From NCBI GenBank assembly GCA_020184695.1, contig JAANOX010000234.1, positions 1 through 64,000 of the forward strand: 64,000 bases of DNA. The letters run 5' to 3'. The DNA is from Histomonas meleagridis 2922-C6/04-290x. Lineage: Eukaryota > Protista > Parabasalia. The position numbers were made by a program, and so were the translations under genes. Position 1 is the stretch's first letter, and every line of letters begins with the position of its first letter. Shown one piece after another: positions 10,561 to 22,535 of the stretch. The notes under the pieces are model-generated. The model was not told where the DNA came from, did not search any database, and worked only from the letters and a program-made list of their open reading frames with translations.

Positions 10561-13500
10561 ATGTCCGATTCAGAGGCGAATATGCTGACGGCGACCGAAG
10601 TACTTCTGGCGTTCTTCCCGAGGATAGAAGATGACCTTATTAGAATTATGATAAAATTCAAAATCGATCTTGAAACGCAATTTCTTGATCATAAAACAAA
10701 ACAAATTAATTATTCAGTGTTACAATCATCGGATTTTTTAAGTAGATTCCCAAGACATACTGATGGTTATAAAGGTTGTGTTGATAGATTTGTAAGTTTT
10801 GGAAAACATGCTTCTGAATCTGCAATAGCACTCCTTTTAAAAGTGATTCCAGGAGTTTCGTCAAATGTTTTGTATGATTCACTTAGATCTAAGATTCCAT
10901 TTTATACATCATATGAGAGATTTCTTAATTTGTTTCTTCTCATATTTTTTGCGGATTGTGTAGCACAAATTTTGTCTGTAGAATCTAACACAAGTTTTTA
11001 TGAAATATTAATTACAATTGGATATCATAACATAACATCAAATTTTGAACCATATGAAGAACCTCTTCGTATACAACTTATATCCCAATACTCAGTTATC
11101 TTTTCATTTCTCTCCATTCATAAACTTGATTTATTAATAACCCAATTTCCAACAGTACTCGAAAAATCCAATCCCTGTTTATGTATTCTTCTTCATCGGT
11201 TTCTACGTCTCACTGATTCCACCACAGTTAAGATTAATCAAATTGCTCAATTTTTGAATGTCTTAGAAAAGATGGGTTCTACGCATAAAAAGAACACAAA
11301 AATCATTACAACATGGGCCACTTCATTATGTCCATTATTATCCCAACTTAATACTGATGGATGTCCAGAACTTAGTGCACCATTAGAAAAGATCTATTCT
11401 ATGGCCATGAAGAAGACGCATGATCGAACAGCTGATTTACATATTTTATTATTATGTGGTAATATTTTATTACGAGATAGTAAATTATATAACAAACATT
11501 TCGAACAATTTTTTTATCATTCAGTATTACAAAAAGCTAATAAACCACATCGAGTTCATTCATCATTACAAGCATTTATATCAGTAATTCGCGGACATTT
11601 TGTATCACGGTCAACTGTCTTTTGGGAATGGGGCTCATTTAATGCTAAAGAACAATTTGGTACAGAAGCAACACAATTAAGTGAACCTACACAAGATCAA
11701 TCATTAGAAAACTCATATACGAATTTATTTTTTAAATATTTTGTTAAAGAAGCACCAATCGATAATTATCCTGATTTAGTAGGGAAAATTCTTATTAACT
11801 TTGCTGCACGTGATTTTAATTATTTTGCGACAATTACTTTACCAAAATTCATTCAAATGATGGGAGAAGATCGTTGGTTATTACCATTAAATGAATGTTT
11901 ACAAGCTATAGTTAATCCTAATTTACATTTTGCTGAATGGGCTCAAGAGAATCCATTAAATTGTCATTTAAAAATTGTCGATTCTATTCCAATTTTGTTT
12001 AATCAATTAAAACCAATGTTATATTCAATTGCATCCAAAAATAAAACAGATGAAAAAACAAAAATTATATTTTCATTTAATTTATCTGATTCATTAAATT
12101 ATCCAATATTCGAATTACCTTGTCATACTAATGATCAATCAGTATCAATTAATACAATGATAATTGATTCCACAACAAAAATTCAAAAATATTTACAAAG
12201 TAATAATTTCGATAATATATTTATTGAAAAAGAAGAGAATTTACCATTTCAAACTTATATAATTGAAAACATTTCATCGAAAGAAGAAAAACAAATACAA
12301 ATTTTAGGATTTTATCCACGAATTGTTAATCAATCTGATTTATTAGCAAATAATTTCTTATCTAATTTATTAGAAATTATTTTAGATAAGTCACCAGCCG
12401 TTGGATATTTTGCTACACGTGTAATTAATTGGATATTTTTAGCTATGCCACCATCACGAATTATAATATATAATGAAATCATACAAGAATTAGTTAAATT
12501 TAATGATCCTATACATATACATATATTTTTACAATTATTTATTAAATTATTTGATTTATCATTAGAACCTAAATGTGAATTAAAAGAAATTAAAACATTC
12601 ATTAAAAAAGCTCAAGCTTTATCTATATATTTATTTACGATACCTTGTCCAGAAGTTCGATATTTAACAATGTTATTAATAATTCGAATTTATCGATTTT
12701 CTCTTTCATATAAAATGAAATGTCCTTTATATAATATATTAAATGATGATTCGAAATTAATAACTAAAGCTGCAATGACTAAATTATATATCCATGAAAA
12801 ATGTCCTTATGAAATACCAGCGAGAATTCCACATTCTGATTTAAATATTAAAGATGTAGCTACATCACGTTATACAAAGTTATTTACATTTATTTTATGT
12901 GAAGTTATTAATGTTGTAGAATTAAATGGTAATATTGAAATCATTAAATATGTACATTCATTTGTAGTTACAACTTTGCAAAAAATGAATCCAAATAATT
13001 ATTATCAAGAACAATTTAATAATTTAATGTGTTTATTATTCCATTGTACACAAACATTAAATGATAATGAATTAGATTCTTTAAGTGAAATATTACCAAA
13101 TGGTAAAACTTATTTCCATCAATTCCCTTTAATTCAACTATATCGTAATAAGAAGAGTAAAGAGAAATTAGAATCTTATTGTACAACTACAATAGGAATT
13201 ATGAAAAAACATTTTAATGAAATTTTATCGAATAATAATAATAATGTAAACATAAATACAAATTTGAAATGTTTTTATTATTCTGATTGGACTTGGTCTA
13301 TTCGAATATTATCGGAATTTATAAATTATTTCCAAAGTTATGGTAATGTTGATGATGTTAATCAACTTTTATCAGCATTACAATTATTTAAAATGCATGC
13401 ACAAAACTTAGAAATATCATTTTCTTTATTATCATCTGAAATATGTCGAAATTCTTTTTATTATATACTTGAAGCTACACGATTATATTTTGTAAAGAAT

Positions 13501-16500
13501 AACTTAAATCAATTAGAAAGATGTACACCAGAAATATTAACAGGTCAAAATTTACTTTTAGCTTTAAACTTTTGTACTTTATTAACATTATTTTTAAATG
13601 GTATGATAGTTGAACCTAAAACTTATAAAAATGGTTTATTAAGAACGCCACATTTCATTTCATGGTTAGAAAGACCACAATTTGAATTCTTTGCTAAGAA
13701 ATCTATAACTTTCTTGTTGAATTGGTCTTCTTTTAATCATGAAGAACATACAGAGTTATCACGATTTTCATGTAATGCAATATCAGCATTTATTCGTATT
13801 TCTAAAGTTAATGATAATAATTTAACTAAACAAATTGATCCGATTATCTTAAATTCGGAAATTCAAGGTTGGCCTACATTAAAATATGCGTTATTACATC
13901 ATTTTGAAGAATTTATACGTATTTATATATCACGTTCTTATGATAAACCTAATGAAATCTCTAAATTATATTTCAGTAGTATTTGTTCATTATTTTTTAA
14001 GACTTCTTATAATAAAAGAAATTATGGAATATCACCGAAAGTTGATAATGTTGAATCAAAGATACAACGAGTAATACAAATAATACAAAATGAAAAAGAA
14101 GAAAATGAGAAATTAGAATTTATACCTTTAACAGAAGAAGATATTAATTATAATATTAAAGTCTTAAATTATAGTGGTAATATATTACATTGTTCAATAT
14201 TATATTTAATGAATGAAGATTATGATATACGTTATATGGCATTAAATTTAATTCGACATTTATCTTCATTAACATATAAAATATTTCATCCAAATGATAA
14301 AAAGAATATTCAACGATTCATTCGAAGATTAAAAAGTTATTCAATAATATTTTATACTTCATTTAATAATAAAGATATATCATTTGAAGTAATATTAAAA
14401 ATTATATCTTTATTAAGTCATGAATTACCTCAATTAGCAGAAAGTATTATACAAGAATGTTTTTTATTTATTAAATTATCTTATGAAAGTCATTTAAAGT
14501 CACAAATTACTCAAAGGATTTCATTAGAATGTATTAATTCATTTTTAACTTGTGAAACAATTTCATTAATTTCAAATAAGAAAATTATATATACAACTGA
14601 AAGTTTATTATTAACATTTTTAAATTGTTATGATTATATTGATATTAATTTAAAAGATATTTATTTAAAACTTTGGAAACAAATATTAAATTCAAAAGAA
14701 TCATTTGATTATGTTATTACATTTCTAATTAATAAAACTAAAGAAGAAATTTATCATAATTCAGCAACTCAAATTATAATATATTTAGGTCAAACATTTC
14801 CTAAAATGATAATACCATTTTTAACAACACAATTATGTTTTAATTATTGGTTTTATACACATTTACAAGGGAAACTTTTATTAAATGATCCACCAATCAT
14901 TAATAATTCATTAACAATTGAAGTAATTATTATTTCATTAACAGAAATCGCAAAAGTATTAAAAGAAAATATATCAATACATTTACCAATTATTATAAAT
15001 TATTCATTTTTATTTTTTGAAACTAATGTTCAATGTTTTTCACAACTTTTATTTATAATATTTTCAACAATTTTAGATATACCTGAACATATTACATCGA
15101 TGTTATTACCACCAATTAATTTATCATGGGATAATAAAAATCATGAGAAATCAATGTTAAACTTCATTAAACAAATTCATGACTTTTTATTAGATAAATA
15201 TGGCCGAAGTTTCATTAATAATTGGGGTAATGAATGTTTACATTGGTGTTGTAGTTGTGGTAATTTAAACATAGCAACGAAAGCATCGAAAATGTTTTCA
15301 TTAATTTTAAGGCCTTTTAATCCATCGATAATATTATCCATCATTAATTCCGCGTGTATCATTGCTTCATGTCCATTAAATAAAGAGACTGAAGAATATT
15401 TAATATCAATTTTTATGATATTATCAGCGTCTATTGATAAATTCCATTCTAACAAAGCATTTAATGATTCATTTCAATTATTATTTAATTTTGCTAAACC
15501 TTTTATATCATTTCCTAATTATACTGATTTATGTAATGTCTCATTATCATTAATTGCTAAATGTACAATATATTCAACGATTACAAAACATGAAATTAAA
15601 TCCTTAATTAATATTTATTCATATTTATATGTCACATTAATTAATCATCGTATATTAAATGGGGCAATTTTATCATTATTTAAATCGAAAAACTCAAAGA
15701 AATTATGTCCAATCATTTTCATTTTATTTTTACCACAATTATTCATTGCTTTTGCTGCATATCATAACATAGAACCTTATTCTTCATATATTAATGATGA
15801 AGAAATACCATTAATAATACAAATTGTTTTATTAATGATATCAAATGATAACTTATTACCTAAAAACCTTTGCGATTATTTAAAAGTTACTTTATCTAAT
15901 CCTAACGAAGCTTCATTTGATGATTTCTCATTATATTGTTGTTATCAATTAATAAGTAATAATCCATTCGATGTAAATAACGCAGCACCTTTACTATTAC
16001 AAATGTCATTAAAAGCAAATAACACGCAACTTTCAGCAATATTTCGAGTGATTCGTTGTTTCTTAGAGTATCCTTCATTAGAAAATGGCGTCGAATTGTT
16101 TTCACCAATTGTTCCAATTGCTGCGAAAAGTGTTCTAAATGAAGCTTCATTACTTCTCGAAAGCTTCGTGAACATCTCAATAAAATCAACAACAATACCA
16201 ATCGAAGGATGGGAGACTCGTTTTATGATGGAGAAGTATGAGCCGGAATGGTCAAGCGTGAGCCAGGAGCTGCAGAATGTGCTGAAGGAGCACGACAAGA
16301 TCATAATGCCAATCGGCGATACCGACTTAAATGAAATCGTGTTCATTGTGCCGATGTCAAATGATATGTGGAAACAGCCACACGTAGAAATAGTACGAAA
16401 GGAGCTAAGTAACGTTATGGTGCAGCCGTACACAAACATGTACCAGAACATGATGAAAATCTCAAATAATGGAAAGGCAAGAAAAAATGAGGAGGAACTG

Positions 16501-16581
16501 TACGAGAACTTGAGGATAATGAATACAAAGGAATACCAAAATGATGAAGAAGAGGATTATGTGGAAGAAATGCAAACATAA
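10561..16581 (+). CDS. Furry/Tao3(PAG1)/Mor2-like large helical-repeat scaffold protein
   Basis: 2006-aa intact ORF. ALSIYLFTIPCPEVRYLTMLLI and WGNECLHWCCSCGNLNIATKASKMF resemble conserved Furry/Tao3 blocks recalled from memory. Confidence 0.65.
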   Translation: MSDSEANMLTATEVLLAFFPRIEDDLIRIMIKFKIDLETQFLDHKTKQINYSVLQSSDFLSRFPRHTDGYKGCVDRFVSFGKHASESAIALLLKVIPGVSSNVLYDSLRSKIPFYTSYERFLNLFLLIFFADCVAQILSVESNTSFYEILITIGYHNITSNFEPYEEPLRIQLISQYSVIFSFLSIHKLDLLITQFPTVLEKSNPCLCILLHRFLRLTDSTTVKINQIAQFLNVLEKMGSTHKKNTKIITTWATSLCPLLSQLNTDGCPELSAPLEKIYSMAMKKTHDRTADLHILLLCGNILLRDSKLYNKHFEQFFYHSVLQKANKPHRVHSSLQAFISVIRGHFVSRSTVFWEWGSFNAKEQFGTEATQLSEPTQDQSLENSYTNLFFKYFVKEAPIDNYPDLVGKILINFAARDFNYFATITLPKFIQMMGEDRWLLPLNECLQAIVNPNLHFAEWAQENPLNCHLKIVDSIPILFNQLKPMLYSIASKNKTDEKTKIIFSFNLSDSLNYPIFELPCHTNDQSVSINTMIIDSTTKIQKYLQSNNFDNIFIEKEENLPFQTYIIENISSKEEKQIQILGFYPRIVNQSDLLANNFLSNLLEIILDKSPAVGYFATRVINWIFLAMPPSRIIIYNEIIQELVKFNDPIHIHIFLQLFIKLFDLSLEPKCELKEIKTFIKKAQALSIYLFTIPCPEVRYLTMLLIIRIYRFSLSYKMKCPLYNILNDDSKLITKAAMTKLYIHEKCPYEIPARIPHSDLNIKDVATSRYTKLFTFILCEVINVVELNGNIEIIKYVHSFVVTTLQKMNPNNYYQEQFNNLMCLLFHCTQTLNDNELDSLSEILPNGKTYFHQFPLIQLYRNKKSKEKLESYCTTTIGIMKKHFNEILSNNNNNVNINTNLKCFYYSDWTWSIRILSEFINYFQSYGNVDDVNQLLSALQLFKMHAQNLEISFSLLSSEICRNSFYYILEATRLYFVKNNLNQLERCTPEILTGQNLLLALNFCTLLTLFLNGMIVEPKTYKNGLLRTPHFISWLERPQFEFFAKKSITFLLNWSSFNHEEHTELSRFSCNAISAFIRISKVNDNNLTKQIDPIILNSEIQGWPTLKYALLHHFEEFIRIYISRSYDKPNEISKLYFSSICSLFFKTSYNKRNYGISPKVDNVESKIQRVIQIIQNEKEENEKLEFIPLTEEDINYNIKVLNYSGNILHCSILYLMNEDYDIRYMALNLIRHLSSLTYKIFHPNDKKNIQRFIRRLKSYSIIFYTSFNNKDISFEVILKIISLLSHELPQLAESIIQECFLFIKLSYESHLKSQITQRISLECINSFLTCETISLISNKKIIYTTESLLLTFLNCYDYIDINLKDIYLKLWKQILNSKESFDYVITFLINKTKEEIYHNSATQIIIYLGQTFPKMIIPFLTTQLCFNYWFYTHLQGKLLLNDPPIINNSLTIEVIIISLTEIAKVLKENISIHLPIIINYSFLFFETNVQCFSQLLFIIFSTILDIPEHITSMLLPPINLSWDNKNHEKSMLNFIKQIHDFLLDKYGRSFINNWGNECLHWCCSCGNLNIATKASKMFSLILRPFNPSIILSIINSACIIASCPLNKETEEYLISIFMILSASIDKFHSNKAFNDSFQLLFNFAKPFISFPNYTDLCNVSLSLIAKCTIYSTITKHEIKSLINIYSYLYVTLINHRILNGAILSLFKSKNSKKLCPIIFILFLPQLFIAFAAYHNIEPYSSYINDEEIPLIIQIVLLMISNDNLLPKNLCDYLKVTLSNPNEASFDDFSLYCCYQLISNNPFDVNNAAPLLLQMSLKANNTQLSAIFRVIRCFLEYPSLENGVELFSPIVPIAAKSVLNEASLLLESFVNISIKSTTIPIEGWETRFMMEKYEPEWSSVSQELQNVLKEHDKIIMPIGDTDLNEIVFIVPMSNDMWKQPHVEIVRKELSNVMVQPYTNMYQNMMKISNNGKARKNEEELYENLRIMNTKEYQNDEEEDYVEEMQT

Positions 16582-16895
16582 AAAATGTTTGTGAATTTGT
16601 AAATAAACAAAATTTCATGTGTTTAAATAGATAAACTGATATGAATGAATAGAAAATTCGATGTTTGACTTGATTTGTTCATTATTCGCTGATTGAACGG
16701 AAACTGAAATGCTCTGTATGACATAAAAGAAATTAACCTGATATAAATTTTTATACATTTTCATTATCTTAAATCTTTGAAATTAAATATTTGAATTCAA
16801 AAAAACGATCGAAAAATGCACGTTAAAAACTGTTTATTATGGGAAATCCAAATTAATTTTGATAAATGCAATTCTGTTTTAATATCGATTTAATG

Positions 16896-18943
16896 TCAAA
16901 TATTAATATTAACTTTAACTATTTTTGTTCAAGAAGTAATTTAACTATTTCTGTATAACCTTTTTTGGATGCTAATTTAAGTGCTGTTCTAAATAATTTA
17001 AATAATTTCCAAATATTATTTTAAAATATAAAATTATTAAAATAAATATTAAATATAACAAATAAATATCTTTAGCATTAATATCAATTCCTTCTTGTTC
17101 AAGAAGTAATTTGACTATTTCTGTATGACCTTTTGAAGATGCTTTCATAAGTGCTGTTTCAAATAATTTATATAATTTCCAAATATTATTTTGAAATATA
17201 AAATTATTAAAATAAATATAAAATAAAACAAATAAATATCTTTAGCATTAATATCAATTCCTTCTTGTTCTAGAAGTAATTTAACTGTTTCTGTACGACC
17301 ATTTTCAGATGCAATCATAAGCGCTGTTTCAAATAATTTAAATAATTTCCAAATATTATTTTGAAATATAAAATTATTAAAATAAATTTCAAATAAAACA
17401 AATAAATATCTTTAGCATTAATATCGATTCCTTCTTGTTCAAGAAGTAATTTAACTATTTCTGTATGACCATATAAAGATGCCCAAATAAGTGGTGTTCT
17501 AAATAATTTAAATAATTTCCAAATTATTTTGAAACATTAAAATATCAAAATAAATATTAAACAAGACAAAAAAATATCTTTCGCATTAATATCAATTCCT
17601 TTTTGTTCAAGAAGCAATTTAACTATTTCTATATGATCATTTAAAGATGCCCACATAAGTGCTGTTTCAAATAATTTAAATAATTTCCAAATATTATTTT
17701 GAAATCCAAAACTATTAAAATAAATATTAAATAAAACAAATAAATATCTTTAGCATTAATATCGATTCCTTTTTGTTCAAGAAGTAATTTAACGATTTCT
17801 GTATGACCATATAAAGATGCATTAATAAGTGCTGTTTCAAATAATATAAATAATTTCCAAAAATTATTTTGAAACAAAAAATTATTAAAATAAATATCAA
17901 ATGAAACAGTTGAATATTTTCAGCATTAATATCAATTCCTTTTTGTTTTAAAACATATTCAACAAGTTCGATATTTCCTGATCCAGCCGATAATACCAAA
18001 ATACCATGAAGAATTGAATGATCTTTAAGAAAATATTCAACTAAAAAAATGTTTCCAATAATTGCTGCTTCATTAATAATGTCATCATTGATTTTCATTC
18101 CTTCTTTAAGCAAAAATGAAAATATTTCATAATTATGATATAAAATACAAAGCTTTCCTAATTCTTCTAAATTATAAATTTCTTTTAATTTATTATCATA
18201 AAAATATTTAAAGATATCATTTCGATGAAATTCAATTGCTGTTTCATATATATCTTCAAACGATGAATGATTTTGTTCACATAAATGAATTATCTCTAAG
18301 TTTCTTCCTGCAACTGCATATTTACCTGTGCTTTCGTTATCAGAACCATTCATAAGCAAATATTTAAAACATTTAACAGAAGAAAAAAATGCTGCATATT
18401 CAATTAATGAAATATATTCATGATTAACAAATGAACATCTTTCATAAGGTGATTTTGGAATTCTTTGATTAAAATTAAAATCATTTTGTGATGATATTTC
18501 TTGAAGTTTTTCTATTTCGTCATTTCGAATTATTTTCGCAACCTCATTTGGATTAACTCCTCCATTAATTAATTTCTTACAGAAAGAAAATTATGTTCAA
18601 TCATAGTTTCAAGAAGATAAGATGATTCATCTGTCTGTTTATTATTAAGAAATCGTCCAAATATATCAAATATATTGGATTCGATTTTATTAATCTCTTC
18701 AAATTTTCTTATTTCTTTTATAATATTTAAAAATAAGTCTATGTTATTGTTTTTAATGACAAAGGAATAATATATCATTTGAATAATAATTAAATCAGAA
18801 GATACAGGATGGATTTTATCAAATTTGTCGATTAATAAGCCTAAAGATCTAGAGTAATTTCCTTCATTCAAACCAAAAATTGCTTGATTTATTGATAAAA
18901 GTGTTTTCCATTCGGAACTTTGCGAAAGTTCATTTGTTTTCAT
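16896..18943 (-). pseudogene. Second trichomonad-type ankyrin gene, with an internal frameshifting deletion at ~18575 and six spacer-containing repeats
   Basis: MKTNELSQSSEW..MIEHNFLSV joins out of frame to KKLINGGVNPNEVAKIIRNDEIEKLQEISSQ; roughly 60 codons present in the 4.6-kb paralogue are missing. Ankyrin units follow, ending at TGA 16898-16896. Confidence 0.75.
16930..17950 (-). repeat. 170-nt tandem repeat (x6): 90 nt of ankyrin codons plus an 80-nt AT-rich spacer
   Basis: Spacers at 17836-17915, 17666-17745, 17498-17575 (78 nt), 17328-17407, 17158-17237 and 16988-17067; periods 170, 168, 170, 170, 170. Confidence 0.95.
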
Positions 18944-19047
18944 GTGAAAATCCAATTGAAGGAATTGTGATATGAAAAACAATCGATTCCATTTGTCAAG
19001 AGATTTTGAAATTGCCCCCTACTGAAAGAGTTTAATTTTAATATGTT

Positions 19048-19049
<2 letters not shown>

Positions 19050-19083
<34 letters not shown>

Positions 19084-20485
19084 ATATAATATAATATAAT
19101 ATAATATAATATAATATAATATAATATAATATAATATAATATAATATAATATAATATAATATAATATAATATAATATAATATAATATAATAATATAATAT
19201 AATATAATATAATATAATATAATATAATATAATATAATATAATATAAATATATAATATAATATAATATAATATAATATATAATATAATATAATATAATAT
19301 AATATAATATAATATAATAATATAATATAATATAATATAATATAATATAATATAATATAATATAATATAATATAATATAATATATAAAATAATATAATAT
19401 AATATAATAAAATATAATATAATATTATATAATATAATATAATATAATATAATATAATATAATATAATATAATATAATATAATATAATATAATATAATAT
19501 CATATAATATAATATAATATATATATAATATAATATAATATAATATAATAATATAATATAATATATATATAATATAATATAATATAATATAATATAATAT
19601 AATATAATATAATATAATATAATATAATATAATATAATATAATATAATATAATATAATATAATATAATATAATATAATATAATATAATATAATATAATAT
19701 AATATAATATAATATAATATAAATATGATACAATAAAAAATAATAAAATATAATATAATATAATATAATATAATATAATATAATATAATATAATATAATA
19801 TAATATAATATAATATATATATATATATATAATATAATATAATATAATATAATATAATATAATATAATATAATATAATATAATATAATATAATATAATAT
19901 ATATATAATATAATATAATATATATATATATATAATATAATATAATATAATATAATATAATATAATATAATATAATATAATATAATATAATATAATATAA
20001 TATAATATAATATAATATAATATAATATAATATAATATAATATAATATAATATAATATAATATAATATAATATAATATAATATAATATAATATAATATAA
20101 TATAATATAATATAATATAATATAATATAATATAATATAATATAATATAATATAATATAATATAATATAATATAATATAATATAATATAATATAATATAA
20201 TATAATATAATATAATATAATATAATATAATATAATATAATATAATATAATATAATATAATATAATATAATATAATATAATATAATATAATATAATATAA
20301 TATAATATAATATAATATAATATAATATAATATAATATAATATAATATAATATAATATAATATAATATAATATAATATAATATAATATAATATAATATAA
20401 TATAATATAATATAATATAATATAATATAATATAATATAATATAATATAATATAATATAATATAATATAATATAATATAATATAA
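19050..20485. repeat. ~1.44-kb (TAATA)n pentanucleotide microsatellite with (TA)n patches
   Basis: Directly visible; almost no G or C bases. Confidence 0.99.
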
Positions 20486-20751
20486 ATATGATACCATAAA
20501 AATTTATTAATTATGCTTGGCATGTATGTATATACTTTTTATAGGTTGTAAAATGCTTCTATGAATGACATCTTTCCAAGAGAGAAAGTTTCTTATGGCG
20601 CTTTGATATAAATTTTGAAGCTCATTTTTCATGAAACATGTATCTCTCTTAAATCGATAAATTTGATCATTGGTTCGATGGTTTTTAAGTTGTATGCGGA
20701 ATTTGTACATAAATAAATCAAAAAAACTATTTCTTTGACTGATATATTTAT

Positions 20752-22017
20752 TTAGTTGTACTGCATATATTTCGGAGTGGCCGAGAACTTCGAGTACCCT
20801 TTGATCACCTTATTAATGGCATCCAAGAAGTCCTTTTCTGAAATCGCTTTTCTTCTCGATCTAATCGCAATGATACCTGCCTCTGTACAAACGCTTCTAA
20901 TATCAGCTCCTGTAGAGTTCTGACATAATCTTGCCAATAACTCATATCTAACACCTCTTTCAACGCTCATTGATCTTGTATGAATCTTAAATATTTGTAC
21001 CAAACCATCTAAATCTGGCACAGAAAACTCAATTTTCCGATCAAGCCTTCCCGGACGCATCAAAGCGGGGTCTAATGTGTCCGGTCTGTTCGTCGCCATC
21101 AAAACCTTAACGTTCCCCCTGCTGTCAAAACCGTCCAATTGCGAAATCAACTCGAGCATCGTCCTCTGGACCTCCTGTCCAGCGCCGTCTTCGTCACCAG
21201 AACGGGTCGTACCGAATGCATCGACCTCATCGAAGAAGATAATGCAACTTGGTTTGGTTCGAGCCATCTTAAAGATTTCACGAACCATTCTTGCGCCTTC
21301 ACCAATATATTTCTGTACAAGCTCACTGCCAATGACTCTGATAAAGACAGAGTCGGTCCTGTTGGCTACTGCACGAGCTAAAAGAGTTTTTCCTGTTCCA
21401 GGTGGACCATAGAAAAGAACACCTTTGGGGGGATCAATTCCGAGCTTCTCAAAGCGCTCTGGATGCATTAAAGGCATTTCTATGATTTCTTTAAGTTTTT
21501 CGATTTGTTCTTTACAGCCACCAATATCTGCATATGTTACATCTGGTTTTTCTTCAACTTGCATCGTTGTAACGATTGGATCGATCCTTGGCGGAAGTGG
21601 AAGCGTAATACTGAGAACTCGTCGATCAAGACCTACTCGAAGATTTTCTGTGATATCTGATGGTGCAACATTTTTGGAAAGTTCAACTACATATTTTCCT
21701 GCATGAGGTAATGAAACGATGTAATGTTGTTTCTCATTTGGAACTGGTGGTAAAATTTTATCACAATTTCCGATATATAAAAACGGTTCTGAAAGCATTT
21801 TTCGATCTTTTTCAAGATCCCATTCATTCATTGGAAGAAATCCGGTATCGCTACTACTAACTCCTCTGATTGTATCAATGCTTGATCTCATTTTTTTGAT
21901 TTCTTTTTCTGTTTCTGTGATCTCTTTCGCATATGGCCCCTTTGAATATGTTTCCATAATTGCGAGATCTGTTTCATCTAATGGAACAAAGTCGTCATCT
22001 TTTTCTTCTTGGGTCAT
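20752..22017 (-). CDS. RPT1: 26S proteasome AAA-ATPase regulatory subunit Rpt1 (PSMC2); likely start is the ATG at 22017
   Basis: [79 protein letters not shown]-terminus. Confidence 0.95.
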   Translation of the reverse strand: MTQEEKDDDFVPLDETDLAIMETYSKGPYAKEITETEKEIKKMRSSIDTIRGVSSSDTGFLPMNEWDLEKDRKMLSEPFLYIGNCDKILPPVPNEKQHYIVSLPHAGKYVVELSKNVAPSDITENLRVGLDRRVLSITLPLPPRIDPIVTTMQVEEKPDVTYADIGGCKEQIEKLKEIIEMPLMHPERFEKLGIDPPKGVLFYGPPGTGKTLLARAVANRTDSVFIRVIGSELVQKYIGEGARMVREIFKMARTKPSCIIFFDEVDAFGTTRSGDEDGAGQEVQRTMLELISQLDGFDSRGNVKVLMATNRPDTLDPALMRPGRLDRKIEFSVPDLDGLVQIFKIHTRSMSVERGVRYELLARLCQNSTGADIRSVCTEAGIIAIRSRRKAISEKDFLDAINKVIKGYSKFSATPKYMQYN

Positions 22018-22535
22018 CAGACTAAAATTATGAAAACTGACACTTGGACGTTCAAATCGCATTCAAATATACGAAAAAGAATTCGCCGACCAATTATAAA
22101 AAATAAGGAAAAGTAGTATTGGCACTTTTAGCACAACCAACCAAAGTTTGTCAATTCAAATGTTTTAGTGGTTGTTTATTACCCAATACCTCGTGGTTGA
22201 AGGGCGATGCGACAGCCGCACTCAAAGCATTAGGTCGATAGCTTGATTAATAAATTTTTCAAGCAAATGATCATATGCAACATTTTTTATTATCTAATTA
22301 TTGTTTTTTATAATCAAAATAAATTCATACAAATTAAGTTAGCTTGGTTCAAGGCCCCTCCTTTATATTTGCTATTACTCTCTGAAAATAACATTTTTTT
22401 TGTGTAATTTAATATATAATCTGAGTTGTGAAGTTATTATGTTTTTAAATCTTTAAGAGAAATGAGACTTAAAAATAAAAATATGTAATATCTATTTTAA
22501 TAAATTATCCACAAATTCACCGCTTTAAACATAAA

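Noticed and set aside
16930-17950. CRISPR-like repeat-spacer array
   Set aside because: Eukaryotic context; both parts of the 170-nt unit are repeated, one part encodes ankyrin, and there are no cas genes.
18940-20523. 527-aa, 492-aa and 77-aa ORFs of YYIIL repeats
   Set aside because: Translation of the (TAATA)n microsatellite, whose TATTA strand happens to lack stops.
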